64,000 nt of DNA from Nemertoderma westbladi (lineage: Eukaryota; Animalia; Xenacoelomorpha), in the NCBI GenBank assembly GCA_032718475.1, contig JAUCBJ010006629.1, forward strand, positions 62,001 to 126,000, in the 5' to 3' direction. How positions within the stretch are numbered: the first letter of the stretch is position 1; each line of letters opens with the position of its first letter. The position numbers and the translations under genes were made by a program. Below are positions 12,989 through 26,299 of this stretch, in pieces. Below the pieces are notes generated by a model, which saw only the letters and a program-made list of their open reading frames with translations, searched no databases and was not told where the DNA came from.

Positions 12989-13269
12989 AGACACAAGTAT
13001 GTAAATAGTTTAATAAAATAATTAAAGCAATATTAATTAAGGTGATCGGTGTTGGTATACTGCAGGTATACCATAAATTAAACTGGAAAATCATATCTGA
13101 AACTATCTGAACCCAAACACTAAATAAATATGGGACCGAATTTGTTTTAGGACCGAATTGTCCGGGACCGAATTGGCCGGGACCAAATTGTCCAGTTCCT
13201 GATAGAAACATAATTCGATGCAAAAATAAAATACTATGAAAATTGAATAACAAATACTGTTAGCTACTT

Positions 13270-13455
13270 TAGGGTGCGTTCAGAAAGTATGTCACGCACA
13301 GGGGGGTCGAGCTTGCGTGACATTTTGTGACAAGGGGGAGGGGGGGGGGGGTCGAGCTGCGTGACATTATGTGAAAGGGGGGGGGGGGGGTCGAGCTTGC
13401 GTGACATTTTGTGACAGGGGGGGGGGGGGGGGTGTTGACTTTTGTGACGGTCACG
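13270..13455. repeat. Transposon-end-like segment with poly-G repeats
   Basis: Three copies of (G)n tcgagc(t)tgcgtgacatt.tgtga after tagggtgcgttcagaaagtatgtcacgc. Confidence 0.55.
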
Positions 13456-13670
13456 GCGATGTTCTACGGTATGCTTTAATGTTAGCTTGACTTTGACTAA
13501 CACATTTGTAGATGAGTGGGAAACTTTAAGGAAAAAACAATAAACTCAATAACATTGAATTTAATCCCTAACATTAACAGGCCACCCCTGTCTAGTCTGC
13601 CTTGTACATGTACAGGACTGTACATTGAAGCTGCTAAAGTATGTATAGGCTTTTAGTAAGAACTACTTCA

Positions 13671-16600
13671 GTACAGGAGGATCTGTGGACGGTGTGGGAG
13701 ACGGAGTGGGAAGTACAGGAGGATCTGTGGAGAGTGTGGGAGGCGGAGTGGAAAGTACAGGAGGATCTGTGGACGGTGTGGGAGGCGGAGTGGGAAGTAC
13801 AGGAGGATCTTTGGAGGGTGTGGGAGGCGGAGTCGGAAGTACAGGAGGATCTTTGGAGGGTGTGGGAGGCGGAGACGGAAGTACATGAGGATCTGTGGAT
13901 GGTGTAGGAGACGGAGTGGGAGGTATGGGGGGATCTGTGGAGGGTGTAGGAGACGGAGTGGGAAGTACAGGAGGATCTTTGAAGGGTGTGGGAGGCGGAG
14001 TCGGAAGTACATGAGGATCTGTGGATGGTGTAGGAGACGGAGTGGGAGGTATGGGGGGATCTGTGGAGGGTGTAGGAGACGGAGTGGGAAGTACAGGAGG
14101 ATCTTTGGAGGGTGTGGGAGGCGGAGTCGGAAGTACATGAGGATCTGTGGATGGTGTAGGAGACGGAGTGGGAGGTATGGGGGGATCTGTGGAGGGTGTA
14201 GGAGACGGAGTGGGAAGTACAGGAGGATCTGTGGAGGGTGTGGAAGGCGGAGTGGGAAGTACAGGAGGATCTTTGGAGGGTGTGGGAGACGGAGTGAAAA
14301 GTACAGGAGGATCTGTGGACGGTGTTTTTTTTTTGTTGACAAGCCGGCACAGCATTCTTAAAAATGCAGCTGCAATGCAGCATGCCGATCCTAGTAGTAG
14401 TGGACGGTGTGGGAGACGGAGTGGGAAGTACAGGAAGATCTGTGGACGGTGTGGGAGACGGAGTGGGAAGTACAGGAGGATCTTTGGAGGGTGTGGGAGA
14501 CGGAGTGGGAGCTATGGGGGGATCTGTGGAGGGTGTGGGCGACGGAGTGGGAAGTACAGGAGGATCTTTGGAGGGTGTGGGAGGCGGAGTCGGAAGTATG
14601 GGGGATCTGTGGATGGTGTAGGAGACGGAGTGGGAGGTATGGGGGGATCTGTGGAGGGTGTAGTAGACGGAGTGGGAAGTACAGGAGGAGCTTTGGAGGG
14701 TGTGGGAGACGGAGTGGAAAGTACAGGAGGATCTGTGTACGGTGTGGGAGACGGAGTGGGGAGTACAGGAGGATCTTTGGAGGGTGTGGGAGACGGAGTG
14801 GGAGGTATGGGGGGATCTGTGGAGGGTGTGGGAGACGGAGTGGGAAGTACAGGAGGATCTTTGGAGGGTGTGGGAGGCGGAGTCGGAAGTATGGGGGGAT
14901 CTGTGGATGGTGTAGGAGACGGAGTGGGAGGTATGGGGGGATCTGTGGAGGGTGTGGGAGGCGAAGTGGGAAGTATGGGGGGATCTGTGGACGGTGTGGG
15001 AGACGGAGTGGGAAGTACGGAGGTCTTGGAGGGTGTGGGAGCGGGTGGGAAGTACAGGAGGATCTTGGAGGTGTGGGACGGGTGGGAGTATGGGGGGATC
15101 TGTGGACGGTGTGGGAGACGGAGTGGGAAGTACAGGAGGATCTTTGGAGGGTGTGGGAGGCGGTGTCGGAAGTATGGGGGGATCTGTGGATGGTGTAGGA
15201 GACGGAGTGGGAGGTATGGGGGGATCTGTGGAGTGGTGTAGGAGACGGAGTGGGAAATACAGGAGGATCTTTGGGGGGTGTGGGAGGCGGAGTCGGAAAT
15301 ATGGGGGGATCTGTGGATGGTGTAGGAGACGGAGTGGGAGGTATGGGGGGACCTGTGGACGGTGTGGGAGACGGAGTGGGAAGTACAGGAGGATCTTTGG
15401 AGGGTGTGGGAGGCGGTGTGGGAAGTATGGGGGGATCTGTGGATGGTGTAGGAGACGGAGTGGGAGGTATGGGGGGATCTGTGGATGGTGTAGGAGACGG
15501 AGTGGGAAATACAGGAGGATCTTTGGAGGGTGTAGGAGACGGAGTGGGAAGTACAGGAGGGTCTGTGGATGGTGTAGGAGACGGAGTGGGAGGTATGGCG
15601 GGATCTGTGGACGGCGTGGGAGACGGAGTGGGAAGTACAGGAGGATCTTTGGAGGGTGTGGGAGGCGGTGCGGGAAGTATGGGGGGATCTGTGGATGGTG
15701 TGGGAGACGGAGTGGGAGGTATGGGGGGATCTGTGGAGGGTGTGGGAGGCGAAGTGGGAAGTATGGGGGGATCTGTGGACGGTGTGGGAGACAGAGTGGG
15801 AAATACAGGAGGATCTTTGGAGGGTGTGGAAGGCGGTGTGGGAAGTATGGGGGGATCTGTGGATGGTGTAGAAGACGGAGTGGGAGGTATGGGGGGATCT
15901 GTGGAGTGTGTAGGAGACGGAGTGGGAAATACAGGAGGATCTTTGGGGGGTGTGGGAGGCGGAGTCGGAAATATGGGGGGATCTGTGGATGGTGTAGGAG
16001 ACGGAGTGGGAGGTATGGGGGGACCTGTGGACGGTGTGGGAGACGGAGTGGGAAGTACAGGAGGATCTTTGGAGGGTGTGGGAGGCGGTGTGGGAAGTAT
16101 GGGGGGATCTGTGGATGGTGTAGGAGACGGAGTGGGAGGTATGGGGGGATCTGTGGATGGTGTAGGAGACGGAGTGGGAAATACAGGAGGATCTTTGGAG
16201 GGTGTGGGAGGCGGAGTCGGAAGTACATGGAGGGATCTGTGGATGGTGTAGGAGACGGAGTGGGAGGTATGGGGGGATCTGTGGACGGTGTGGGAGACGG
16301 AGTGGGAAGTACAGGAGGATCTTTGGAGGGTGTGGGAGGCGGTGTGGGAAGTATGGGGGATCTGTGGATGGTGTAGGAGACGGAGTGGGAGGTATGGGGG
16401 GATCTGTGGATGGTGTAGGAGACGGAGTGGGAAATACAGGAGGATCTTTGGAGGGTGTAGGAGACGGAGTGGGAAGTACAGGAGGGTCTGTGGATAGTGT
16501 AGGAGACGGAGTGGGAAGTACAGGAGGGTCTGTGGATGGTGTAGTAGACGGAGTGGGAAGTACAGGAGGAGCTTTGGAGGGTGTGGGAGACGGAGTGGAA

Positions 16601-19600
16601 AGTACAGGAGGATCTGTGTACGGTGTGGGAGACGGAGTGGGGAGTGCAGGAGGATCTTTGGAGGGTGTGGGAGAAGGAGTGGGAGGTATGGGGGGATCTG
16701 TGGAGGGTGTGGGAGACGGAGTGGGAATGACAGGAGGATCTTTGGATGGTGTAGAAGACGGAGTGGGAGGTATGGGGGGATCTGTGGAGTGTGTAGGAGA
16801 CGGAGTGGGAAATACAGGAGGATCTTTGGGGGGTGTGGGAGGCGGAGTCGGAAATATGGGGGATCTGTGGATGGTGTAGGAGACGGAGTGGGAGGTATGG
16901 GGGGACCTGTGGACGGTGTGGGAGACGGAGTGGGAAGTACAGTAGGATCTTTGGAGGGTGTGGGAGGCGGTGTGGGAAGTATGGGGGGATCTGTGGATGG
17001 TGTAGGAGACGGAGTGGGAAATACAGGAGGATCTTTGGAGGGTGTAGGAGACGGAGTGGGAAGTACAGGAGGGTCTGTGGATGGTGTAGGAGACGGAGTG
17101 GGAGGTATGGCGGGATCTGTGGACGGCGTGGGAGACGGAGTGGGAAGTACAGGAGGATCTTTGGAGGGTGTGGGAGGCGGTGCGGGAAGTATGGGGGGAT
17201 CTGTGGATGGTGTGGGAGACGGAGTGGGAGGTATGGGGGGATCTGTGGAAGGTGTGGGAGACGGAGTGGGAAGTACAGGAGGATCTTTGGAGGGTATGGG
17301 AGGTGGAGTCGGAAGTATGGGGGGATCTGTGGATGGTGTAGGAGACGGAGTGGGAGTATGGGGGGAAGTGTGGAGGGTGTGGGAGGCGAAGTGGGAAGTA
17401 TGGGGGGATCTGTGGACGGTGTGGGAGACGGAGTGGGAAGTACAGGAGGATCTTTGGAGGGTGTGGGAGGCGGTGTGGGAAGTATGGGGGGATCTGTGGA
17501 TGGTGTAGAAGACGGAGTGGGAGGTATGGGGGGATCTGTGGATGGTGTAGGAGACGGAGTGGGAAATACAGGAGGATCTTTGGGGGGTGTGGGAGGCGGA
17601 GTCGGAAATATGGGGGGATCTGTGGATGGTGTAGGAGACGGAGTGGGAGGTATGGGGGGATCTGTGGACGGCGTGGGAGACGGAGTGGGAAGTACAGGAG
17701 GATCTTTGGAGGGTGTGGGAGGCGGTGCGGGAAGTATGGGGGGATCTGTGGATGGTGTGGGAGACGGAGTGGGAGGTATGGGGGGATCTGTGGAAGGTGT
17801 GGGAGATGGAGTGGGAAGTACAGGAGGATCTTTGGAGGGTATGGGAGGCGGAGTCGGAAGTATGGGGGGATCTGTGGATGGTGTAGGAGACGGAGTGGGA
17901 GGTATGGGGGGATCTGTGGAAGGTGTGGGAGGCGGTGTGGGAAGTATGGGGGGATCTGTGGAGTGTGTAGGAGACGGAGTGGGAAATACAGGAGGATCTT
18001 TGGGGGGTGTGGGAGGCGGAGTCGGAAATATGGGGGGATCTGTGGATGGTGTAGGAGACGGAGTGGGAGGTATGGGGGGACCTGTGGACGGTGTGGGAGA
18101 CGGAGTGGGAAGTACAGGAGGATCTTTGGAGGGTGTGGGAGGCGGTGTGGGAAGTATGGGGGGATCTGTGGATGGTGTAGGAGACGGAGTGGGAGGTATG
18201 GGGGGATCTGTGGATGGTGTAGGAGACGGAGTGGGAAATACAGGAGGATCTTTGGAGGGTGTAGGAGACGGAGTGGGAAGTACAGGAGGGTCTGTGAATG
18301 GTGTAGGAGACGGAGTGGGAGGTATGGCGGGATCTGTGGACGGCGTGGGAGACGGAGTGGGAAGTACAGGAGGATCTTTGGAGGGTGTGGGAGGCGGTGC
18401 GGGAAGTATGGGGGGATCTGTGGATGGTGTGGGAGACGGAGTGGGAGGTATGGGGGGATCTGTGGAAGGTGTGGGAGACGGAGTGGGAAGTACAGGAGGA
18501 TCTTTGGAGGGTATGGGAGGCGGAGTCGGAAGTATGGGGGGATCTGTGGATGGTGTAGGAGACGGAGTGGGAGGTATGGGGGGATCTGTGGAGGGTGTGG
18601 GAGGCGAAGTGGGAAGTATGGGGGGATCTGTGGACGGTGTGGGAGACGGGGTGGGAAGTACAGGAGGATCTTTGGAGGGTGTGGGAGGCGGTGTGGGAAG
18701 TATGGGGGGATCTGTGGATGGTGTAGGAGACGGAGTGGGAGGTATGGGGGGATCTGTGGATGGTGTAGGAGACGGAGTGGGAAATACAGGAGGATCTTTG
18801 GGGGGTGTGGGAGGCGGAGTCGGAAATATGGGGGGATCTGTGGATGGTGTAGGAGACGGAGTGGGAGGTATGGGGGGACCTGTGGACGGTGTGGGAGACG
18901 GAGTGGCAAGTACAGGAGGATCTTTGGAGGGTGTGGGAGGCGGTGTGGGACGTATGGGGGGATCTGTGGATGGTGTAGGAGACGGAGTGGGAAGTACAGG
19001 AGGATCTTTGGAGGGTGTGGGAGGCGGAGTCGGAAGTATGGGTGGATCTGTGGATGGTGTAGGAGACGGAGTGGGAGGTATGGGGGGGTCTGTGGAGTGT
19101 GTAGGAGACGGAGTGGGAAATACAGGAGGATCTTTGGGGGGTGTGGGAGGCGGAGTCGGAAATATGGGGGGATCTGTGGATGGTGTAGGAGACGGAGTGG
19201 GAGGTATGGGGGGACCTGTGGACGGTGTGGGAGACGGAGTGGGAAGTACAGGAGGATCTTTGGAGGGTGTGGGAGGCGGTGTGGGAAGTATGGGGGATCT
19301 GTGGATGGTGTAGGAGACGGAGTGGGAGGTATGGGGGGATCTGTGGATGGTGTAGGAGACGGAGTGGGAAATACAGGAGGATCTTTGGAGGGTGTAGGAG
19401 ACGGAGTGGGAAGTACAGGAGGGTCTGTGGATGGTGTAGGAGACGGAGTGGGAGGTATGGCGGGATCTGTGGACGGCGTGGGAGACGGAGTGGGAAGTAC
19501 AGGAGGATCTTTGGAGGGTGTGGGAGGCGGTGCGGGAAGTATGGGGGGATCTGTGGATGGTGTGGGAGACGGAGTGGGAGGTATGGGGGGATCTGTGGAG

Positions 19601-20610
19601 GGTGTAGGAGATGGAGTGGGAGGTATGGGGGGATCTGTGGAGGGTGTGGGAGGCGAAGTGGGAAGTATGGGGGGATCTGTGGACGGTGTGGGAGACGGAG
19701 TGGGAAATACAGGAGGATCTTTGGAGGGTGTGGAAGGCGGTGTAGGAAGTATGGGGGGATCTGTGGATGGTGTCGAAGACGGAGTGGGAGGTATGGGGGG
19801 ATCTGTGGAGTGTGTAGGAGACGGAGTGGGAAATACAGGAGGATCTTTGGGGGGTGTGGGAGGCGGAGTCGGAAATATGGGGGGATCTGTGGATGGTGTA
19901 GGAGACGGAGTGGGAGGTATGGGGGGACCTGTGGACGGTGTGGGAGACGGAGTGGGAAGTACAGGAGGATCTTTGGAGGGTGTGGGAGGCGGTGTGGGAA
20001 GTATGGGGGGATCTGTGGATGGTGTAGGAGACGGAGTGGGAGGTATGGGGGGATCTGTGGATGGTGTAGGAGACGGAGTGGGAGGTATGGGGGGGTCTGT
20101 GGAGTGTGTAGGAGACGGAGTGGGAAATACAGGAGGATCTTTGGGGGGTGTGGGAGGCGGAGTCGGAAATATGGGGGGATCTGTGGATGGTGTAGGAGAC
20201 GGAGTGGGAGGTATGGGGGGACCTGTGGACGGTGTGGGAGACGGAGTGGGAAGTACAGGAGGATCTTTGGAGGGTGTGGGAGGCGGTGTGGGAAGTATGG
20301 GGGGATCTGTGGATGGTGTAGGAGACGGAGTGGGAGGTATGGGGGGATCTGTGGATGGTGTAGGAGACGGAGTGGGAAATACAGGAGGATCTTTGGAGGG
20401 TGTAGGAGACGGAGTGGGAAGTACAGGAGGGTCTGTGGATGGTGTAGGAGACGGAGTGGGAGGTATGGCGGGATCTGTGGACGGCGTGGGAGACGGAGTG
20501 GGAAGTACAGGAGGATCTTTGGAGGGTGTGGGAGGCGGTGCGGGAAGTATGGGGGATCTGTGGATGGTGTGGGAGACGGAGTGGGAGGTATGGGGGGATC
20601 TGTGGAAGGG
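13671..20610. repeat. G-rich 42-bp minisatellite, array 2 (~6.9 kb)
   Basis: Same unit as array 1, about 160 copies, with variant units recurring in higher-order blocks. Confidence 0.95.
14326..14400. mobile_element. Tiny insertion inside the minisatellite, flanked by a ~10-bp direct repeat
   Basis: tggacggtgt lies on both sides. The core gccggcac...gatcctagtag is identical to 24932-24986. Confidence 0.75.
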
Positions 20611-20667
20611 GTGTATCCGCATCCGGGTTTGTCCGCATATGCGGACAAAAAAGTATTTTATGTCCGC

Positions 20668-22430
20668 ATTTTGCGGATAAAAAGTGAATTTTTTAATGAA
20701 TAACTAGTAAAAAAACACTAGTTACCGTAGAAAAATATATACTAAGGTTGAGAACATTCACCATTATAGTACCAATTTAATTTGGTTCAGGACAATTCGG
20801 TCCCATAACACAAAATAAATGGGACCGAATTGTCCGGGACCGAATTGTCCTGCTTCCATTTTTACATGTAGTTATAAAGTTGGAAACAATTTCTATTAAT
20901 AACAAATTTATATTGCTCTATGCTTAACCCTTGGGCAGGAACACCCTCAGGCTTCGCGCTCGGGTTGTTTCCTGCCCGCGGGTTAAATAACGGGGAAAAT
21001 AACTAACTTCTGGGGAATAAGTAAGTTGTTACACATTTATTATGGTATGCATTTCGATTATTTTTGTCCCTTAACAACTATTTACAGATTCTAAAAGGGC
21101 ATTGTTTGGGGGAAGAGTTTACAAAATGGGGCTTGGAAAGTTTTGGGGGTGTTTATATTGATTTTTCCCAAGGGAATTGGAAAATTTTCGGTGTGTTTCA
21201 CTTTAATTCATTAATTGCATAGGTGTTATTTTGCCCAAGGGAATAATAACACCCAAGCTCCAAGGTAAAACATTACTGTGTCATGTGTGTTGTACAGCTC
21301 TAGGCTTAATTCATCCAATCGCCGTAAGATTCGATCATCAAAAATCACCCGAATTTGTTAGTAAAAATTGATGTCAAACTTATTTAAATTGTTTACTTTC
21401 TAAAATTTCTATATTTTCCTATGTTGGCCGCTAGGGGTAACATATTGCATAAACTTCAAATTGGATATATAACTAAATTGGCTGAATTAATTGAATAGTA
21501 TTTTTGGTGGACAAGTCATGTATCCATTACCCACAGACGGTATTGTTCACATTAAATACATTTTATTAGTATAATTAAGAATTTAGTACATAGGAAAATA
21601 AAAGTTACAACTTTTTTCCACTATACTCGAGTTATTTTATTTCCCGAGCGCCAGCGAAGTTAATAAAGGGTCGAGAGAATATTGAAAAAAATGTGCTAGG
21701 CCCTACGTTTTTTGCATGAAATACAAAAGTAGTTGGTGGTCTGAATGCCTGATTTGCACCTGATGTGACACACAACAGACCTAAGACGAGTACAGCAGCA
21801 TTACCGGTTCCTATGTTTGTATGTCAGTATGTAACACTTCACTACTTCTAAGAGGGAATAACATGGTTATTTTGCCCTACTAGGGCAAAATAACTTTTAT
21901 GGCCGTAGCCCAGCATTAGAGATAGTTATAATCCCGCTAATAAATGTGTAACAAATAAAATTGTACTTTTATAGCTAATAGGAATAGAACAGTTGTTAAC
22001 AATAAAACAGGGGTAATATTGAAGGGGCACTTTTACATAGCCCGATGTGTGAGGCGTTTTTTTTTTAATTTTGCAGCATTTTTTCAATAAATTTTTTAGA
22101 GATTTTAAATGGTAGCTGACTGTAGAACAATTATAATATTATGTTCAAATAAAATAAAACAAGTCGGCAATTGAATCAAATAAACCATCGAAATGAACAC
22201 TAATTAATTTTTGATAATATTTTTTTAAATGTTCAAGAAAAATGTCAGCTATTTGTTATTGAAAAAATTATGTTCTAGAACAAATATTTAATAATAAAAA
22301 CTTTTTTTTCCCGAGAAAAAAAACAAGGTTTGTATTAAAATAAACCATAAACCTGTAAAACACGAGAAATAAGTTGTCACAAGCGATTGAACTATTGAAA
22401 GGATTTCAAATTTTGGTGCCGCACCAAAAT
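20668..22430 (+). repeat. Duplicated flank, copy B, containing a ~1-kb insertion
   Basis: Colinear with 9331-10090 except for 20911-21954. Confidence 0.9.
20911..21954. mobile_element. Non-autonomous insertion with a left hairpin and a 17-bp inverted repeat
   Basis: Absent from copy A. ttgttacacatttatta (21026) pairs with taataaatgtgtaacaa (21938-21954). Hairpin gggcagga...tcctgccc at ~20933-20977. Confidence 0.7.
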
Positions 22431-22965
22431 TTGGCCCACCGAGGAAAACAAGTTTGAAATTTCTAAATTAATTTATATGAATTCCTAATATCTAATTGCA
22501 AACTAATTCCATCCAATTAATCCATCTAATTCCTGCAAAATAAACTAAATAAATTTTAGTTTGAAAAGGTTTTCTTCCGTATATTTATTAAATACCAAAC
22601 CTTATACTAACTACGGTATGTAGCACAAATACTGGATGTTCAATATTCATGTTCTAGAACATATTTATTTTGTTCTAGAACATTTTATTTAAACTAACTA
22701 GTTGTCGCTACTTTTTAATCTCCTAGAACAAGTTCGTTATCAATTAAGGTTCTAGAACACTTTGTTTTACTGTAACATTAAAAATAAATTAAATATTATA
22801 TTGATCGTTTATACAAACCGAATAAATAAAAACAGCTAGTAAATAATTACTGGCTACGCTGACTATCTAATAACAATTACTAGCGCTGTAATACTTATTA
22901 GTACTTTAGCAATTTAGCGGCAATTTACTTTATTTTATCTTTTAGATTCAATAATCCCCCTAACA

Positions 22966-23816
22966 ATGGCGCCGATCGAGGAACTCAAAATGATCCCGGG
23001 TACCGAGGAGGTTGTCTTTGTGTCTGACAACCTCCCCTGTATCATAAACTCAACAACTCTCTACGAAAAGGAAGATCTACCGGGATCCGGAGGTTCTACC
23101 CGTTACTGGAGAGTCGCGGTTTCTACGGACGGGAACCGCGTTGCCTCGGGAACCGGTTGGGGGGGTCGGTGACTGTCTGGGAGCGGGAAGCGACCGGTTG
23201 GAGGGTCGTAGTGGAGGTACCGGGGGAGGAGTTAGTGGTTGGTGGGGGGGAGTATGAATAGGTGGGGAATAGATATAAATCCCTCCAACCGGGACGTCAT
23301 TGCAACTTGTGGGGACGACGGGGGGATTTCTATTATATCAATAACTGGGAGGAAATATAAGGTTACGAACTGGGTGGGGCATTCTGGGTCGGTTAACTGT
23401 ATTCGGTTCGACTCGAACGGGTCCCGGTTGGCCAGCTGTTCGGAGGATAGAACAGTAAAAGTTTGGGTGACCGGAACCCGGGAGATGTTGTATCAATACC
23501 GGGGGCACAGTTGGGGGGTCTACAGTCTGGGTTGGGGTCCGGATGGGGAGTCAGTGGTGTCGGTAGATGAGGGAGGAGGGATCCATCGCTTCGTTGTTGG
23601 TACAGGGGAGACCTTGTGGAGACAGGAAGCAACTCCTGAGGTCCGGGGGATCGTATTGAGTCCGAACGGATCCAGAATCGCTGCTGTTGGGGTGAACACC
23701 GGGTTGATTTATATTCTAAATTCTGTAACTGGGGAGGTTATCAACCGGATTGAAGGAACGGGGAGCGACATCCGTGCTGTCGATTTCTGTAAAGATGACC
23801 GGCATATTATTACAGG
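22966..23816 (+). CDS. WD40-repeat protein exon, with two compensating frameshifts in G-runs
   Basis: GHSGSVNCIRFDSNGSRLASCSEDRTVKVW and GHSWGVYSLGW. Acceptor tttag| at 22945, ATG at 22966, donor cag|gtaat at 23816. Confidence 0.75.
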
Positions 23817-24931
23817 TAATTAATTAATAGACCTCTTTTATTAAAACACGTTAAATTAATTAATTAGGCCTAGGGTCTAATTCAGTACCGTACCACGTAC
23901 CATAGTAAGTAATAATCATTATAACACTTAAATGAATTAATTACATTAATTATTATTCTTTAATTTAATTTTATTTAATTAATAATTTACTTACCGATAT
24001 GATGCGGATTAACTGAACATTACCTTCACTGCCTCCTGCCAATATTGGGTACCATGGGAACGAAATTAAAATTAGTCTAATAGGGGTATCAGAATATAGA
24101 ACCATTACAACATAGTCTGCACTGTCAACACTGTAGTCGGATAGTTTTAGGTGCGGTTTGGTTCCAGTAATAATGTAACATAAAAATAAACTAATAAACC
24201 AGCAATTAGCTTAATAATATTATGTATTCAGTTATCTGTTAGGTTGTTTGTTATTGGTTTGTATCAATGGCGTTTTAACCAACTGGTAGTTCTACTTAAA
24301 TAAACAAACTATAATGGTACCAATAGGCGTACCGGTACTGCAATGCAGTAAAGTAACTGTAGAGAGAATACAACCGGTAATGTATAATAAAAACTTTCAT
24401 TTTTAGGTCTGCCACACAGTCCCATTACTTAGGCATACAACAAAGGCTTATTATAATAATATATTACACCTGTCATTTTAGATAAGAAGGGACATCCCTA
24501 ACCCACACCCCACCTTATTTTTATACAATCTTTATCATACTTTATTTAACATGGGGCTACATAGAATTTTCTTTTTGGAATTTATAGACGTTTAACGTTT
24601 GCGATATCGCCCTCATTGCATTACGGCCATTCCTCATATTGGCCACAACGACATATTATTAGAAAGCTTGAGTTGTAAGGATTCCAAATATAAATATATT
24701 TTGAGTTTCGTTGAGAAACAGCTGAGATATAATACTGGCGTTCAAAGATTGTGATAAATTATCATTCGCTGGAAGTCATTTATTATTGTCATTTATTAGT
24801 GTTATTATTTTTATCATTTTTATAATAAAAATCCCATTTATTTATCCTATTTATAATATATTATTATATTTATGTATGCATAGCTACACAAACATAAATA
24901 ATATGTTACAGAAGGTTTTTGTGTTTACTAA

Positions 24932-24986
24932 GCCGGCACAGCATTCTTAAAAATGCAGCTGCAATGCAGCATGCCGATCCTAGTAG
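24932..24986. mobile_element. 55-bp element flanked by a 13-bp direct repeat
   Basis: ttgtgtttactaa at 24919-24931 and 24987-24999. Same core as in 14326-14400. Confidence 0.75.
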
Positions 24987-25543
24987 TTGTGTTTACTAAA
25001 CGGAATAACTGGTATATTATAATGAAAGATACTTCTTGCAATCTTAGAACGCCCATATCTCATCTGTTTATCAACGAAATTGAGCTATTAATACATTTTT
25101 GGAATCCTCACAATGCAAGCTTTCAAATATATAAAAAATTAATCACTATTGATGAGAAAAATGGCAACGAAACGAAGGCAACAATTTCGTAAAAGTCACT
25201 TTTATAAAACTTTTGTAAAAATTTAAATGTAAAATTGAAAATTCCGGTTACATGGGGTCTTCTGCTCTGAGTTGAACTAATACAATTTTTAATAAGGCTT
25301 ATTTCTGCGAGTTAAATTATCGTGCAGTAGGGAGCTGATTTTTGACTCATACGGTTTGGAATACTGTTTGGAACAACTTGACACTGTAGTATTTAGTTGT
25401 ATGTAGCATTACAGTCTATTTTACATATTGCATGCATGAGTTTAACCTTCTTTCCCAACCTTCTTTAAATCGGAGCAAATTTGTTGAAATTTTTGAAACA
25501 GTTTCAAAACGAGTCAACTTAAACTTTGTAAAAAAAATTTTAA

Positions 25544-26283
25544 GGGGGGGGATACACCATTTTGGACCAAAATATTTTTACAATAAAAATATTTTTTTTT
25601 TGGTCTATTACAATGCACCATTGAATGGTGTTTCCAAATCTGATAACCGCTATTTCATAGCTCTTTTAGTTTTCAAGTTATAACAATTTCCATTTAGGAA
25701 TTCCTATTGAAATTACTATTACTATGTATAATGAAAGGTCGATTATCTCCAAATATTTTTGTTATTAAAGTGTCAACTTCAAAACCCTACTACTTCTACA
25801 ATTTTTAAGTAATTAGTCTGAAACTTAAAAGTCTGAAAATTAGCCTGTGGGTGTCTAGATAGCCACCCTGCATAAAAGTATCAGACAACTTTGCGAAATT
25901 ATTTGTTAATAAAATTTAATACTATTTATAACAAACCTAAAAATTTGCATAAATTTGCAGCGCCACCTAGCGGTGCAGAATTATTTTCACAAAATTTCGC
26001 CCGATAGTTATGTTGCCCCATCTTTAATCTATCACATAAAAAAACTTTCATGTGATTAGATTGCCTGTAAAATTGTTAGGGTTTTAAGCGCAACCAAGTT
26101 TTTTTTGTTGTTAACTAGTATTAACTAATATTAAATAGCGAAAAAAAAAATTTTGACCTGTCATGTAGAATAACATCTTAGGCACCTACCTATATGCCAC
26201 ATTTTAGCCAAAACCAAACAATTTTGAAACGCTGAGAGTGATAAATCGAAGAGTTGTCCGAAAATGCTGTACCCCCCCCCCCC
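25544..26283. mobile_element. Kolobok-like non-autonomous DNA transposon
   Basis: TTAA on both sides. Imperfect TIRs: (G)n atacaccattttggac on the left and gtccgaaaatgctgta (C)n on the right. Confidence 0.75.
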
Positions 26284-26299
26284 TTAATTGGTAGTTCGT

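Noticed and set aside
13634-20703. 2000+-aa Pro/Thr/Ser mucin-like and Gly-rich ORFs
   Set aside because: The 42-bp unit is stop-free in several frames, the peptides swap frame at G-run indels, and there is no unique domain or signal peptide. These are tandem-repeat artefacts.
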